Shown here piece by piece: positions 1-8,010 of a stretch of 49,386 nt of DNA. Within the stretch, counting starts at the first letter, position 1, and the number at the start of each line of letters is the position of its first letter. The DNA is taken from assembly GCA_963609805.1 (NCBI GenBank), contig CAVDLN010000003.1, positions 1-49,386 on the forward strand, given 5' to 3'. This stretch comes from Erysipelotrichaceae bacterium (GTDB taxonomy: Bacteria > Bacillota > Clostridia > Oscillospirales > CAG-272). Under the pieces are notes generated by a model that saw nothing but the letters and a program-made list of their open reading frames with translations, ran no database searches and was not told the DNA's origin. Position numbers and translations under genes: made by a program.

Positions 1-71
1 GTTAGCTGCTTGTAATACCGTTGTACCAGAAACCAATTTACTTTGAAATCTCGCTTGCCAATTTTTGGCAT
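1..71 (-). CDS. Partial ORF running off the left window edge, product unknown
   Basis: ATG at 71..69 (minus strand) opens MPKIGKRDFKVNWFLVQRYYKQL..., which continues past position 1. I recognise no family. A promoter-like element lies upstream. Confidence 0.2.
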   Translation of the reverse strand, partial: MPKIGKRDFKVNWFLVQRYYKQL

Positions 72-135
72 CTGTGGAACCTATCGATTCCTGCCAACCT
101 ATAACGCATTCTGCTCCTGCATCAATTGTAAATAT

Positions 136-164
136 AGTATAACATATTCTGAGTCCAATGTCAA
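136..164 (-). promoter_or_regulatory. Sigma-A-like promoter reading leftward
   Basis: On the minus strand, TTGACA (164..159), a 17-nt spacer, then TATACT (141..136). Confidence 0.4.
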
Positions 165-214
165 TACAAATAAGGATAATTTATCATTTATTCACTTCAA
201 TTTAGTTTGTATCT

Positions 215-535
215 TTATTCAATATCCCGTTCAAAACTTCTTCTACTGATCACACTCACCTTTGCCGTTGCCGGATCGATCTGAATCACGATCTTATCCT
301 TTTTCAAGGCATAGTTCACCGTATAAGCCGTGCCGCCTTTTTGTCCGTTGTAGGCACAGACCACCACATCTGCCCGATCTACCATGTAGCGGTTTCGAGC
401 GTGAAAGCATCCTCGGTTGTACGATTCACTGATAGAAGTGGTCATATCCGCTTTGGCGAGGATGGCGTCTCTCCGTTTCCGATATGCCTCATCCCATGAT
501 TTCGCCTGATCAGAAAACGGTACGGCACACTCCAA
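215..535 (-). pseudogene. SLOG / DUF1273 family protein, C-terminal fragment only
   Basis: ...AVPFSDQAKSWDEAYRKRRDAILAKAD...YNRGCFHARNRYMVDRADVVVCAYNGQKGGTAYTVNYALKK matches my memory of the C-terminal half of DUF1273/SLOG proteins. An in-frame TGA sits a few codons upstream of the listed start, so about 70 N-terminal residues are missing. Confidence 0.55.
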
Positions 536-571
536 TGCAATGCTTTTAAGTCCTCATCAAAGTCCTTATTC

Positions 572-775
572 TTGGGCAGAACACGCCATAGATCATACGA
601 AGCTTTTACCGAATATTCTACCTACGGCGGTTTGCCGCTGGTCTTGTCCAAGAAGCGCGATTCCGACAAATCCAAATATCTGCGCGATAATCTCAAAGAA
701 ACCTATATAAAAGATATTGTAGAGCGTCACCATCTTCAAGGCGATGTGGTAATGGATACGCTCGTTGAAATCTTA
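572..775 (+). pseudogene. Internal fragment of an AAA_14/DUF4143-type ATPase
   Basis: ...EYSTYGGLPLVL...KSKYLRDNLKETYIKDIVERH... resembles the middle region of the same family as the two intact genes at 2154..4883. No Walker motifs and no C-terminal domain are present. Confidence 0.45.
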
Positions 776-791
776 CCGCCGCCTGAACCGT

Positions 792-896
792 GGCAGAAGT
801 GTCTTTCCGGACAGCAGAGCTCTGCTCAAAGCACTCTATCTTGCCACGCATGATCTGACCGAAAAGTGGACGAATGTGATCCGCGACTGGGACTAC
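792..896 (+). pseudogene. IS256-family transposase C-terminal fragment
   Basis: GRSVFPDSRALLKALYLATHDLTEKWTNVIRDW resembles the conserved C-terminal block of IS256 transposases (FPN..S.L.L.YLA....KKWT..I.NW). No catalytic region is present. Confidence 0.5.
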
Positions 897-983
897 TACG
901 TCATGGAAATGGCGCGGAACGGTATGCTGCACTATGATGGAAAGACCATTGAAACACCGCATACACAGAAATCAGACTACAAG

Positions 984-1361
984 ATGAACCGAGCCCCCGT
1001 TCTCGGAAGCATCGTTTGCGGTTCACCCGAATTGACGGAAGAAGACTTTGAGGAATTTATCGCTCTTCCGGTTGCTCTTTTTGGTGAGGGAGATTTCTTT
1101 GTGTTGCGGACTCATGGACATTCCATGGTGAATGCCGGGATTGATGAGGGCGATATGGTTGTTGTGAGAAAACAGGATTATGCAAACTACGGCGATATTG
1201 TGGTTGCGCTTGTGGACAACGAAACAACGTTGAAGACCTACTATCCGGAACCGGAGAACAAGAGGATCAGGCTGCATCCGGAAAATGCGGGTATGGAGGA
1301 CATCATTGTCAGAGCGTGTAATATCCAAGGAGTCGCCAAACATGTAATCAAAAAACTATAA
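984..1361 (+). CDS. S24 (LexA/ImmR-like) peptidase domain protein without an N-terminal DNA-binding domain
   Basis: From the ATG at 984: MNRAPVLGSIVCGSPE...GHSMVNAGIDEGDMVVV...ETTLKTYY..IRLHPEN. This gives a hinge, a Ser (HSM) and a Lys (TLK) as in LexA C-terminal domains. Upstream in the same frame there is only IS256 debris. Confidence 0.7.
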   Translation: MNRAPVLGSIVCGSPELTEEDFEEFIALPVALFGEGDFFVLRTHGHSMVNAGIDEGDMVVVRKQDYANYGDIVVALVDNETTLKTYYPEPENKRIRLHPENAGMEDIIVRACNIQGVAKHVIKKL

Positions 1362-1376
1362 CGGGAGGACGCACGA

Positions 1377-2075
1377 TTGGACTATTACCAGACGCACGAT
1401 GAAATCGACGAGATCGGCGAAGGTCTGATCCGTAAGTATCAATATCAATCTTTTATCCAGGGAACCCCTACGGACATAGAAGACTTTATTATATCCAATC
1501 TTGGATACCGAATTGTCTATGATCGAATTGCCGAAGGAGATGCCGGAAAAATGGCATTCCTTGCGGATGGCAAGACGGCGCTGTTACTTTGGCGGAACGG
1601 TCAGCGAGTATCGATTGTACCGCCCAAAGGACTTATCATTGTTGATGAGTACCTGCGGCAGGAGCAGAACCATAGGAAACGGCGGTTTGTTCTTGCACAT
1701 GAAGCCGGTCATATACTCATGGACAGGCTCGGAAACAACCCGGTGACTTCCGCTTTCAGTCGAGAGTTTGACACGGAGAAACAGTACACAGTGAAAGAGC
1801 TTGCCGACATGTTCGGTATTGCCGAGAGTATGGCAACGGCTATGGGCGTCGCGCTTCTGATGCCCAGGACATCCGTTGTCAGCTATGTCAGAAGCCGAGG
1901 TTATGGAGAAGCAACTGACAGGCAACGACAGACCGTTGCATTTGGCAAAGGAAAACGACAAGACCATTCTTGCTTCCTCTATCGGCGGTGTGGAGATTAC
2001 GATTTTCTTTGCCGAAGAAGAACCTGCGCGAAACGCGAAAGAGGCTTGCCTGAGTATCATTGGCAGGCAGTATGA
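1377..2075 (+). CDS. ImmA/IrrE-family zinc metallopeptidase (COG2856-like)
   Basis: HEAGH zinc motif in FVLAHEAGHILMD and position directly after an S24 protein. The start is TTG. The last ~60 codons look non-protein-like and overlap a better-looking ORF in another frame, so the 3' end is uncertain. Confidence 0.65.
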   Translation: MDYYQTHDEIDEIGEGLIRKYQYQSFIQGTPTDIEDFIISNLGYRIVYDRIAEGDAGKMAFLADGKTALLLWRNGQRVSIVPPKGLIIVDEYLRQEQNHRKRRFVLAHEAGHILMDRLGNNPVTSAFSREFDTEKQYTVKELADMFGIAESMATAMGVALLMPRTSVVSYVRSRGYGEATDRQRQTVAFGKGKRQDHSCFLYRRCGDYDFLCRRRTCAKRERGLPEYHWQAV

Positions 2076-2100
2076 GAGCAGGGCAGTGGCTGGAGAATAA
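1876..2100 (+). CDS. Small ORF, tentatively TnpW-like (a transposon-associated small protein)
   Basis: ...ILASSIGGVEITIFFAEEEPARNAKEACLSIIGRQYES resembles, from memory, the IG.T.Y.V.V.FS....KE...DKI.RLI pattern of TnpW proteins found next to serine recombinases in clostridial transposons. It overlaps the tail of the ImmA ORF. Confidence 0.3.
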   Translation: MSAMSEAEVMEKQLTGNDRPLHLAKENDKTILASSIGGVEITIFFAEEEPARNAKEACLSIIGRQYESRAVAGE

Positions 2101-2103
2101 AAG

Positions 2104-2129
2104 TTCCGAGCCGCAGTTGCGGCTCGGAA
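2104..2129. terminator. Hairpin between convergent genes
   Basis: ttccgagccgca-gt-tgcggctcggaa forms a perfect 12-bp stem with A/T-rich flanks. Confidence 0.55.
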
Positions 2130-2153
2130 TAATATGGTAGCTATATAAGAAAA

Positions 2154-3383
2154 TTAAATCATCCAAATCGGAACAATCAAAACCTCACGACTGACTGCCG
2201 ACAGTTCATTCCGCATACAGAGGATCGCGCCGGTCCCGCGCGGCAAGGAGCTTTTATCAAGGATTTTGAAGGCACTTGCCAACTCGCTTGCCGGAGATGT
2301 GGATTTCTTGATCTCCATCGGATGAAGTTCACCGTCGCTTTCCATCACAAGGTCAATCTCGTTGGATTCTTTGTCGCGGTAATAGTGCAGCAGCGATTCC
2401 TTTGCGCAGTTGTGATAGGTTTTGATGATTTCTGAAACTGTGTAGTTTTCAAGAATGGCACCATTGATTGCGCCGTTCATGAGAATTTCCGGACTGGAAT
2501 ATTTCGTGAGATAAGCGACAAGCCCGGTGTCAAAGAAATACATCTTTGGCGTTTTGATCGTTCGCTTTAGCAGATTGTTTGAATACGGGCGAAGGAAAAA
2601 GATGATTTCTGATTTTTCCATGATTGTCAGCCAGCGTTTCGCGGTGTCGTCGCTGACACCAACGTCTCCTGCAATGTCGTGAATGTTCAGCATCTGACCT
2701 GCGCGACAGGCGGCTGCGCGGATGAAATCCGCATAAAGGAGCTTGTCAACCCCCGGAATCATTTCGGAAACATCGCGGTCAATATAGCTTTGAATATAGG
2801 AGCTGTAAAAAACATCACGGTCGGTATATCTGCCGCTCCGATGTCCCGGCATGCCGCCTTCCCAAATGCGCTCATACATTTCGAGAACGGACGAAACGGG
2901 GGATTGTAAGTCTTTTCGGTGATTCAATGCGGCAAGATCAAGGGAAAATGGCTCTGTTTCACCGTTTCCGTAAAGCTCATTTTGTGAAAGCGCAGACATA
3001 TGAAGAATGGCAGTTCTGCCGGCGAGAGACTCCTGTGCAAGCTCCATCAGACGGAAGGATTGGGATCCCGTGAGCCAAAAAGAACCCGGAGCAGCGCCGT
3101 TGTCCACCTTTATTTTAATATAAGAAAACAATTCCGGAGCATACTGCACCTCATCAATCAGAACCGGGGCAGGGTGCAGGTCCAGAAAAAGAGCCGGATC
3201 GGTTTTGGCAAGCTTTCGTTCGTCCACATCGTCAAGTGTGACGCGCTTTCTCGGAGTTCCTTCCATGAGATGCTCCAGCATGGTTGTTTTCCCGACCTGA
3301 CGGGGACCAATGAGTAAAAGGCAGCTGTATTCTTGGCTGATTTCCGTGATTCGCTTTTCCAGTGTTCGCTTGATATAAGACAT
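2154..3383 (-). CDS. AAA+ ATPase (AAA_14) with a DUF4143 / PD-(D/E)xK-like C-terminal domain
   Basis: Walker A GPRQVGKTT and Walker B VLIDEVQ. The C-terminal EIDLVMESDGELHPMEIK gives a D...E.K pattern. The start is moved to the ATG at 3383, which follows a GGAGG. Confidence 0.85.
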   Translation of the reverse strand: MSYIKRTLEKRITEISQEYSCLLLIGPRQVGKTTMLEHLMEGTPRKRVTLDDVDERKLAKTDPALFLDLHPAPVLIDEVQYAPELFSYIKIKVDNGAAPGSFWLTGSQSFRLMELAQESLAGRTAILHMSALSQNELYGNGETEPFSLDLAALNHRKDLQSPVSSVLEMYERIWEGGMPGHRSGRYTDRDVFYSSYIQSYIDRDVSEMIPGVDKLLYADFIRAAACRAGQMLNIHDIAGDVGVSDDTAKRWLTIMEKSEIIFFLRPYSNNLLKRTIKTPKMYFFDTGLVAYLTKYSSPEILMNGAINGAILENYTVSEIIKTYHNCAKESLLHYYRDKESNEIDLVMESDGELHPMEIKKSTSPASELASAFKILDKSSLPRGTGAILCMRNELSAVSREVLIVPIWMI

Positions 3384-3584
3384 TGCAGCACCTCCTATGG
3401 CTAAAATACGATACAATCCTATTATAGCCGAAAAAGCATTAAAAAGTCAAGGGCATTCAGGAAATTTGCGCTTATGAAAAACGAAAATTTAATCATTGCA
3501 TGAGCGTTCTATGGTTTCAAGTGTCGTAAAGTGAGTAGCAGAAATTTGCGCGGCATGGAACAAAAATTTCTTTTAGAGAGCAAA

Positions 3585-4883
3585 TTATAAGCAGAATATG
3601 GCATACAGCGGAACAGACTTAATGCTGTTCTCAAAACCAAAATTTTTCGTTGAAAGCCGGATAGAGTATGCCGGGGCGTATTTATCGACGAATATTTTCA
3701 GGCTTCGTGCGCGCACATTATCTGCGGACTTGACTTCGACCGGAACAACAGAGTCATTCTGTCGGATAATAAAATCCAACTCGGCTTTTCCGTCAGACTC
3801 CCAGTAGTTCAGTCTGTATCCCCGGGCAGTCAGTTGCTCGGCAACATAGTTTTCGGCAAGCAACCCTCTTGCACGGTCGGAGATGGAACTGTTTACAAGA
3901 ACATCTTGCGGAAATGTGCCGGATTTGAAGCAGAGCAATCCGACATCGGAGTAGTATATCTTAAAGGAATCAAGTTGTTCGTATACAGTAAGGGGCAGTT
4001 TGCCTTCGGTTACTTTGATATTCTCCAAAACAACACCGGCAGCTTTCAGCCATTGGAGGGAAAGCTCATAGTCCTTTGCGCGCGCGTTGCTTTTTATGAC
4101 TGCGTATTGAAATTTCGTGTTTTCCTTGGCGAGCTGTGAGGGAAGCGTGTTGAAAATGGCGATGCTTCGGATCGTTTCGTTGGGCGTTGCATACTTTGTC
4201 ATATCCGCGATATAGGAGTCTGATATGTCAGCCTGTACAGCACGAACGGAGTCATAATTTTCGGTTTCCAGGTATGTTTTTACGACAGCAGGGTAGCCAC
4301 CTATGACAAGATATTTCTTATACAAATCCAGAGCGAGATTGTGGTAAACATCGGCAAGTGGCGTGAATGTTTCAAACGATTCCCGTATCTTTTCGATGAG
4401 TGTTTCATTATTTGTTGAAAGCAAAAATTCTTCAAATGAAAGCGGATACATTGTCAACATATCAACTTTGCCCACCGGAAATGAAAAATTTCCTCTGTTG
4501 ATGGCAAGCCCCAAAAGGCTGCCGGCGGCAACGATGTGATATTCATTAGCTTCTTCGGCGAAATATTTGAGCGAAGTCAGAGCCTGCTCGCAGGCTTGAA
4601 TCTCATCGAAAATGATAAGAGTTTTATGCGGGAAAATTGTTTGCTTTGCATATGCAGAGAGTTCTTCAATGATCCGCTTGGGGTTGAGGTCGGGAACAAA
4701 AATTTTATTCAATGTTTCGGTATTGCCCTCAAAATGAAGGTATACAACATTATCGTAGTACTCCTTACCGAATTCCAGCAAGGCATATGTTTTACCTACC
4801 TGCCGGGCGCCTTTCAATAAGAGCGGCTTGCGAAACGAAGAATTCTTCCACTCGACCAATTTATCTGTAATGAGTCGCTTCAT
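3585..4883 (-). CDS. AAA+ ATPase (AAA_14) with a DUF4143 / PD-(D/E)xK-like C-terminal domain; divergent paralog of the neighbouring gene
   Basis: Walker A GARQVGKTY and Walker B LIIFDEIQ. The C-terminal ELDFIIRQNDSVVPVEVK gives a D...E.K pattern. The start is at ATG 4883 after a GGAGG. Confidence 0.85.
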   Translation of the reverse strand: MKRLITDKLVEWKNSSFRKPLLLKGARQVGKTYALLEFGKEYYDNVVYLHFEGNTETLNKIFVPDLNPKRIIEELSAYAKQTIFPHKTLIIFDEIQACEQALTSLKYFAEEANEYHIVAAGSLLGLAINRGNFSFPVGKVDMLTMYPLSFEEFLLSTNNETLIEKIRESFETFTPLADVYHNLALDLYKKYLVIGGYPAVVKTYLETENYDSVRAVQADISDSYIADMTKYATPNETIRSIAIFNTLPSQLAKENTKFQYAVIKSNARAKDYELSLQWLKAAGVVLENIKVTEGKLPLTVYEQLDSFKIYYSDVGLLCFKSGTFPQDVLVNSSISDRARGLLAENYVAEQLTARGYRLNYWESDGKAELDFIIRQNDSVVPVEVKSADNVRARSLKIFVDKYAPAYSIRLSTKNFGFENSIKSVPLYAIFCL

Positions 4884-5067
4884 ACATGAGACCTCCATAA
4901 TTTTACTGATTATATTATAGACGATTTTAACCGAAAAGTCAATACCAAAACAATAAAAAGTTCCGAAAAGTGCGACATAACATCAGAAAAAAGAACACAA
5001 AGCGACACGCTAAGAGAATTAGAACAGAGTAATAGGAGAATATACACGGTGCTGACCATCTGCACAT

Positions 5068-5096
5068 TTGACGCGCAGAGAAAAATGCGGTATAAT
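5068..5096 (+). promoter_or_regulatory. Sigma-A-like promoter for the recombinase gene
   Basis: TTGACG (5068..5073), 17-nt spacer, TATAAT (5091..5096). Confidence 0.5.
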
Positions 5097-5184
5097 AAAG
5101 TCGCAGAAAAAACTGCGTGGTCTTTGAAAAAGGAATAGTGGTCAGTGCCTTTCTACAATATTATAAATAAGGAAGGCATACATA

Positions 5185-6788
5185 ATGAAAAGGGTAGCAA
5201 ATTTATATCGAGTGTCAACAAAAAAGCAGGTCGATCTTGTGAAAGACGATATTCCGATGCAGCGGATTGCCTGCCGCGAGTTTGCCGAAAGGCAAGGGTG
5301 GACGGTTGTTATCGAAAAAGAGGAAAAGGGTATCTCCGGTTTCAAGGTTTCCGCATCCAAGCGTGACGCGATACAGGAACTCAAGGATTCCGCCCTCAAA
5401 GGGGAATACGATGTGCTTCTCGTTTTTATGTTCGACCGTCTCGGTCGTATCGAAAACGAAACGCCGTTTATTCTTGAATGGTTTACGGAGCATGGGATTG
5501 AAGTATGGAGCGTCAACGAGGGGCAGCAAAAGATCGAAACCCATTCGGATAAGCTCATGAACTATATTCGCTTCTGGCAGGCATCGGGAGAATCCGAAAA
5601 GACAGCAATTCGTGTCCGGACAAGACTGCAACAGATGACAGCCGAGGGTGTTTACACGGGCGGACCGGTTCCGTTCGGGTATCGGCTTGTAGACAATGGG
5701 AGAAAGAACAAAAAAGGAAAGTGTGCGCTGGATCTTGCGATAGATCCGGTGATAGTTTCGGTTGTTTTGAAACTGTTTACGATGGTTGCGGACGAAGGAT
5801 ATGGGTCCCATCAGCTTGCCGAATGGTTAAACCGTCAGGGATTCAAGACATCGACCGGTTCAAGGTTCCATTCCAGCAATGTCCTCAGAATCCTGAGAAA
5901 TGAGATTTACCGTGGATTTATGGTAAGAGGTAATGCACGCTCGGAAAGAATTGAAGAACTTCAGATCGTGCCGGATCAGCTGTTCTTCCGCGTACAGCAG
6001 ATTCTTGAAGAAAGAACCTGTAAAGAGGAACACAAGCGCACCGTATGTCGTAGCAACAAAAGCCAATCTTTGCTTGGAGGAAATCTTTTCTGCGGACATT
6101 GCGGATGCCGTTTGGTGGCAAGTCGCAGGACAGAAAAAAAGTACATAAGGACGGTAGTGTCAAAGAACGAAACTACGGGATTTATGTGTGTTACCATCGG
6201 AGCAGGGGACTTAACGATTGCGACGGTGCCACCACTTATATTGCTGATAGGGTAGATAAGTGCGTATTGCAGACTGTGCATGAGATTTTTGCCAACATTG
6301 CAGGATGCCCCGAAGAGGAGAAAATTCAGCTTGCTTTCAAACGGTCGGTCGAAGCCAGCCGATTGGAACAGTTGAAACTAACAGAGCAGATTGCAAAGGA
6401 CGAAAAACAGCTTGGTACGCTTCGCGCCGAAATTGCCAATGCTTTGACCAGAAACAGCGTCTATACCTCGGAGGACTTGTCCACTGCTATTACGGCAGTG
6501 CGCACAAGAATTGACGAGAGCAGGGAACGGCTGAAGGCTTTGCAGGATGAGGAAGAACAGAGGAATGTCATGTCAGACGGAATCATCCCGGCATACCGGA
6601 GATTCCGCACATGGGCTTTGGAATTCGACGAAGCCTCGCATGAAGGTAAGAAGATGATTATCAATGAGCTGTTCAGCCGGATCGAGTTGAGTAAGGACTA
6701 TAAGGTGCGCTGTTATGTAAACTTCACCTACAAGCAATTCTGCGCCGAATGGGCGACACTTGAACAAAAGATAAATGCCACCGCTTGA
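5185..6788 (+). pseudogene. Large serine recombinase, split between two frames at an A7 run (5185..6255 and 6099..6788)
   Basis: N-terminal resolvase motif YRVSTKKQ and a recombinase domain. The zinc ribbon LFCGHCGCRL...YVCYHRSRGLNDCDG is interrupted at 6134..6140. A coiled-coil C-terminus follows in the -1 frame. Confidence 0.85.
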
Positions 6789-6933
6789 TTGCCGGCGGCA
6801 TTTTCATTGCAAAGGCTTTCCTTCTACGACTGACCGCTATTGAGGAATTATGTATGCTTTAAGGGAGCGTTGTGCCTGTGTTTCACTTAACAGACACCCG
6901 CCTGCGCACCCCGTGCGAGATGCCCTATCCGCC

Positions 6934-6989
6934 AGAGCACCTGACTGTTAATCAGGGTGTCACTGGTTCAAGTCCAGTAGGGGGAGCCA
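6934..6989 (+). pseudogene. tRNA-Asn(GUU) 3' fragment, from the D-stem 3' strand to CCA
   Basis: agagca-cctga-ctGTTaa-tcagg-gtgtc-actgg-ttcaagt-ccagt-aggggga-g-cca. The anticodon arm, T arm and CCA are all present, but no tccccct 5' acceptor strand or D-loop lies upstream. Confidence 0.6.
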
Positions 6990-6999
6990 TTCTCATTGA

Positions 7000-7035
7000 A
7001 GCCCTTGAGAGCTATGCGCTGTCAAGGGCTTTTTG
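7000..7035 (+). terminator. Intrinsic terminator downstream of the tRNA-Asn fragment
   Basis: agcccttga...tcaagggct stem followed by TTTT. Confidence 0.6.
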
Positions 7036-7055
7036 CTTCAATGCATTGCCTGCGC

Positions 7056-7104
7056 ATAAAAGAGGGGGCTGAAAAACTCAAAAAATGAGCTTTTCAGCCC
7101 CCTC
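7056..7104 (-). terminator. Intrinsic terminator of the TVP38-family gene
   Basis: gagggggctgaaaa/ttttcagccccctc 14-bp stem, followed by a T-run on the minus strand. Confidence 0.55.
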
Positions 7105-7193
7105 GTCGTGCATGCGCACTTATGGGGCGGCCGCATTTATGGGGCTGTCTTTCGGAGGCAGTCGACGGTGTTGTAACACCCGCTCGACTTTTT

Positions 7194-7940
7194 TTACCGC
7201 TTTTCCTGCGGAATGTCCTCGGACACGGCAGATGTCTTTCGTGCGTGGCGTTTTTGGATGGAATTGTATACGCAAAGACCGGCAAAACTGACAGCGGCAG
7301 TGACGGCAAACACGATGACGGCGCCGAGGTACTTCTTTTCTCCGACGGCGTTGCCGCCGACCGTGGACGAAATGACGGACGGAAACCGGGCGGCCGTGGT
7401 CAGCGCAAGATAGGTCGGAATCTTCATGTTTGTCAGTCCGATACCGTAGGTCAGCAAATCCTTGGGGGTTCCCGGAATCAGAAACAGCAGAAAAGTCAGG
7501 AAATTCCGCTTGTTCGGCGTGCGCAGAACAGGCAGCGCATTGATTTTTTCCTCCGGGTAGAAGGTGTATATGAATTTTCCGCCGAATTTTCGCACCAGCA
7601 GCAGAACCAGTACGCTGCCCAGCGTCGTTCCTGCCAGGCACAGCAGGGCGCCCGGCCACGCACCGAACACATATCCGGCGGATATTTCAACCAGCTCGCC
7701 CGGGATCAGCGCCACCACAACCTGCACCATGGAGATCAGAATCATGCACAGTGCGCCGAGTATGTAATGTTCGCCGATCATGTCGCGCACCTTGGCGGGA
7801 TCGTCCATGTACCGCCACATCAGCCAGATGCCGACCGCGGTCAAACCCGTGAATACAATCGAAGCCACCGACAGCACAACGGATGCGCGGGTGCGGGTGA
7901 TCGGCTTTTGCGGGGTGGACTGCCGCTTTGCATATTTCAT
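7194..7940 (-). CDS. TVP38/TMEM64 (DedA-superfamily, SNARE-associated) membrane protein
   Basis: Multi-TM protein with PGELVEISAGYVFG and FLIPGTPKDLLTYGIGLT blocks typical of the family. Confidence 0.8.
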   Translation of the reverse strand: MKYAKRQSTPQKPITRTRASVVLSVASIVFTGLTAVGIWLMWRYMDDPAKVRDMIGEHYILGALCMILISMVQVVVALIPGELVEISAGYVFGAWPGALLCLAGTTLGSVLVLLLVRKFGGKFIYTFYPEEKINALPVLRTPNKRNFLTFLLFLIPGTPKDLLTYGIGLTNMKIPTYLALTTAARFPSVISSTVGGNAVGEKKYLGAVIVFAVTAAVSFAGLCVYNSIQKRHARKTSAVSEDIPQEKR

Positions 7941-8010
7941 GGCAAACCTGCTCCTCTCTCTCGGAAGGTGTGAAAGGGGAAATTATGTATCTTGTTACAA
8001 AATCGGGACT

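Larger units (their letters stand above)
1..6933. mobile_element. Integrative element remnant: cargo genes plus a large serine recombinase. The left end lies outside the window.
   Basis: Visibly AT-richer than the DNA to the right of ~6.9 kb (by eye, not computed). Contains a recombinase, an ImmA/S24 module and IS256 and other gene fragments. The right edge abuts a displaced tRNA-Asn 3' fragment that keeps its own terminator. Confidence 0.6.

Noticed and set aside
6915-6989. An intact 75-nt tRNA-Asn gene
   Set aside because: The 7 nt that would have to pair with the acceptor 3' strand aggggga read gcgagat, and no D-loop (GG) sequence is present. Only the 3' ~56 nt are tRNA-like.
7120-7973. 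ORFs overlapping the TVP38-family gene in other frames or on the other strand
   Set aside because: Only the 248-aa minus-strand frame gives a coherent multi-TM protein with family motifs.
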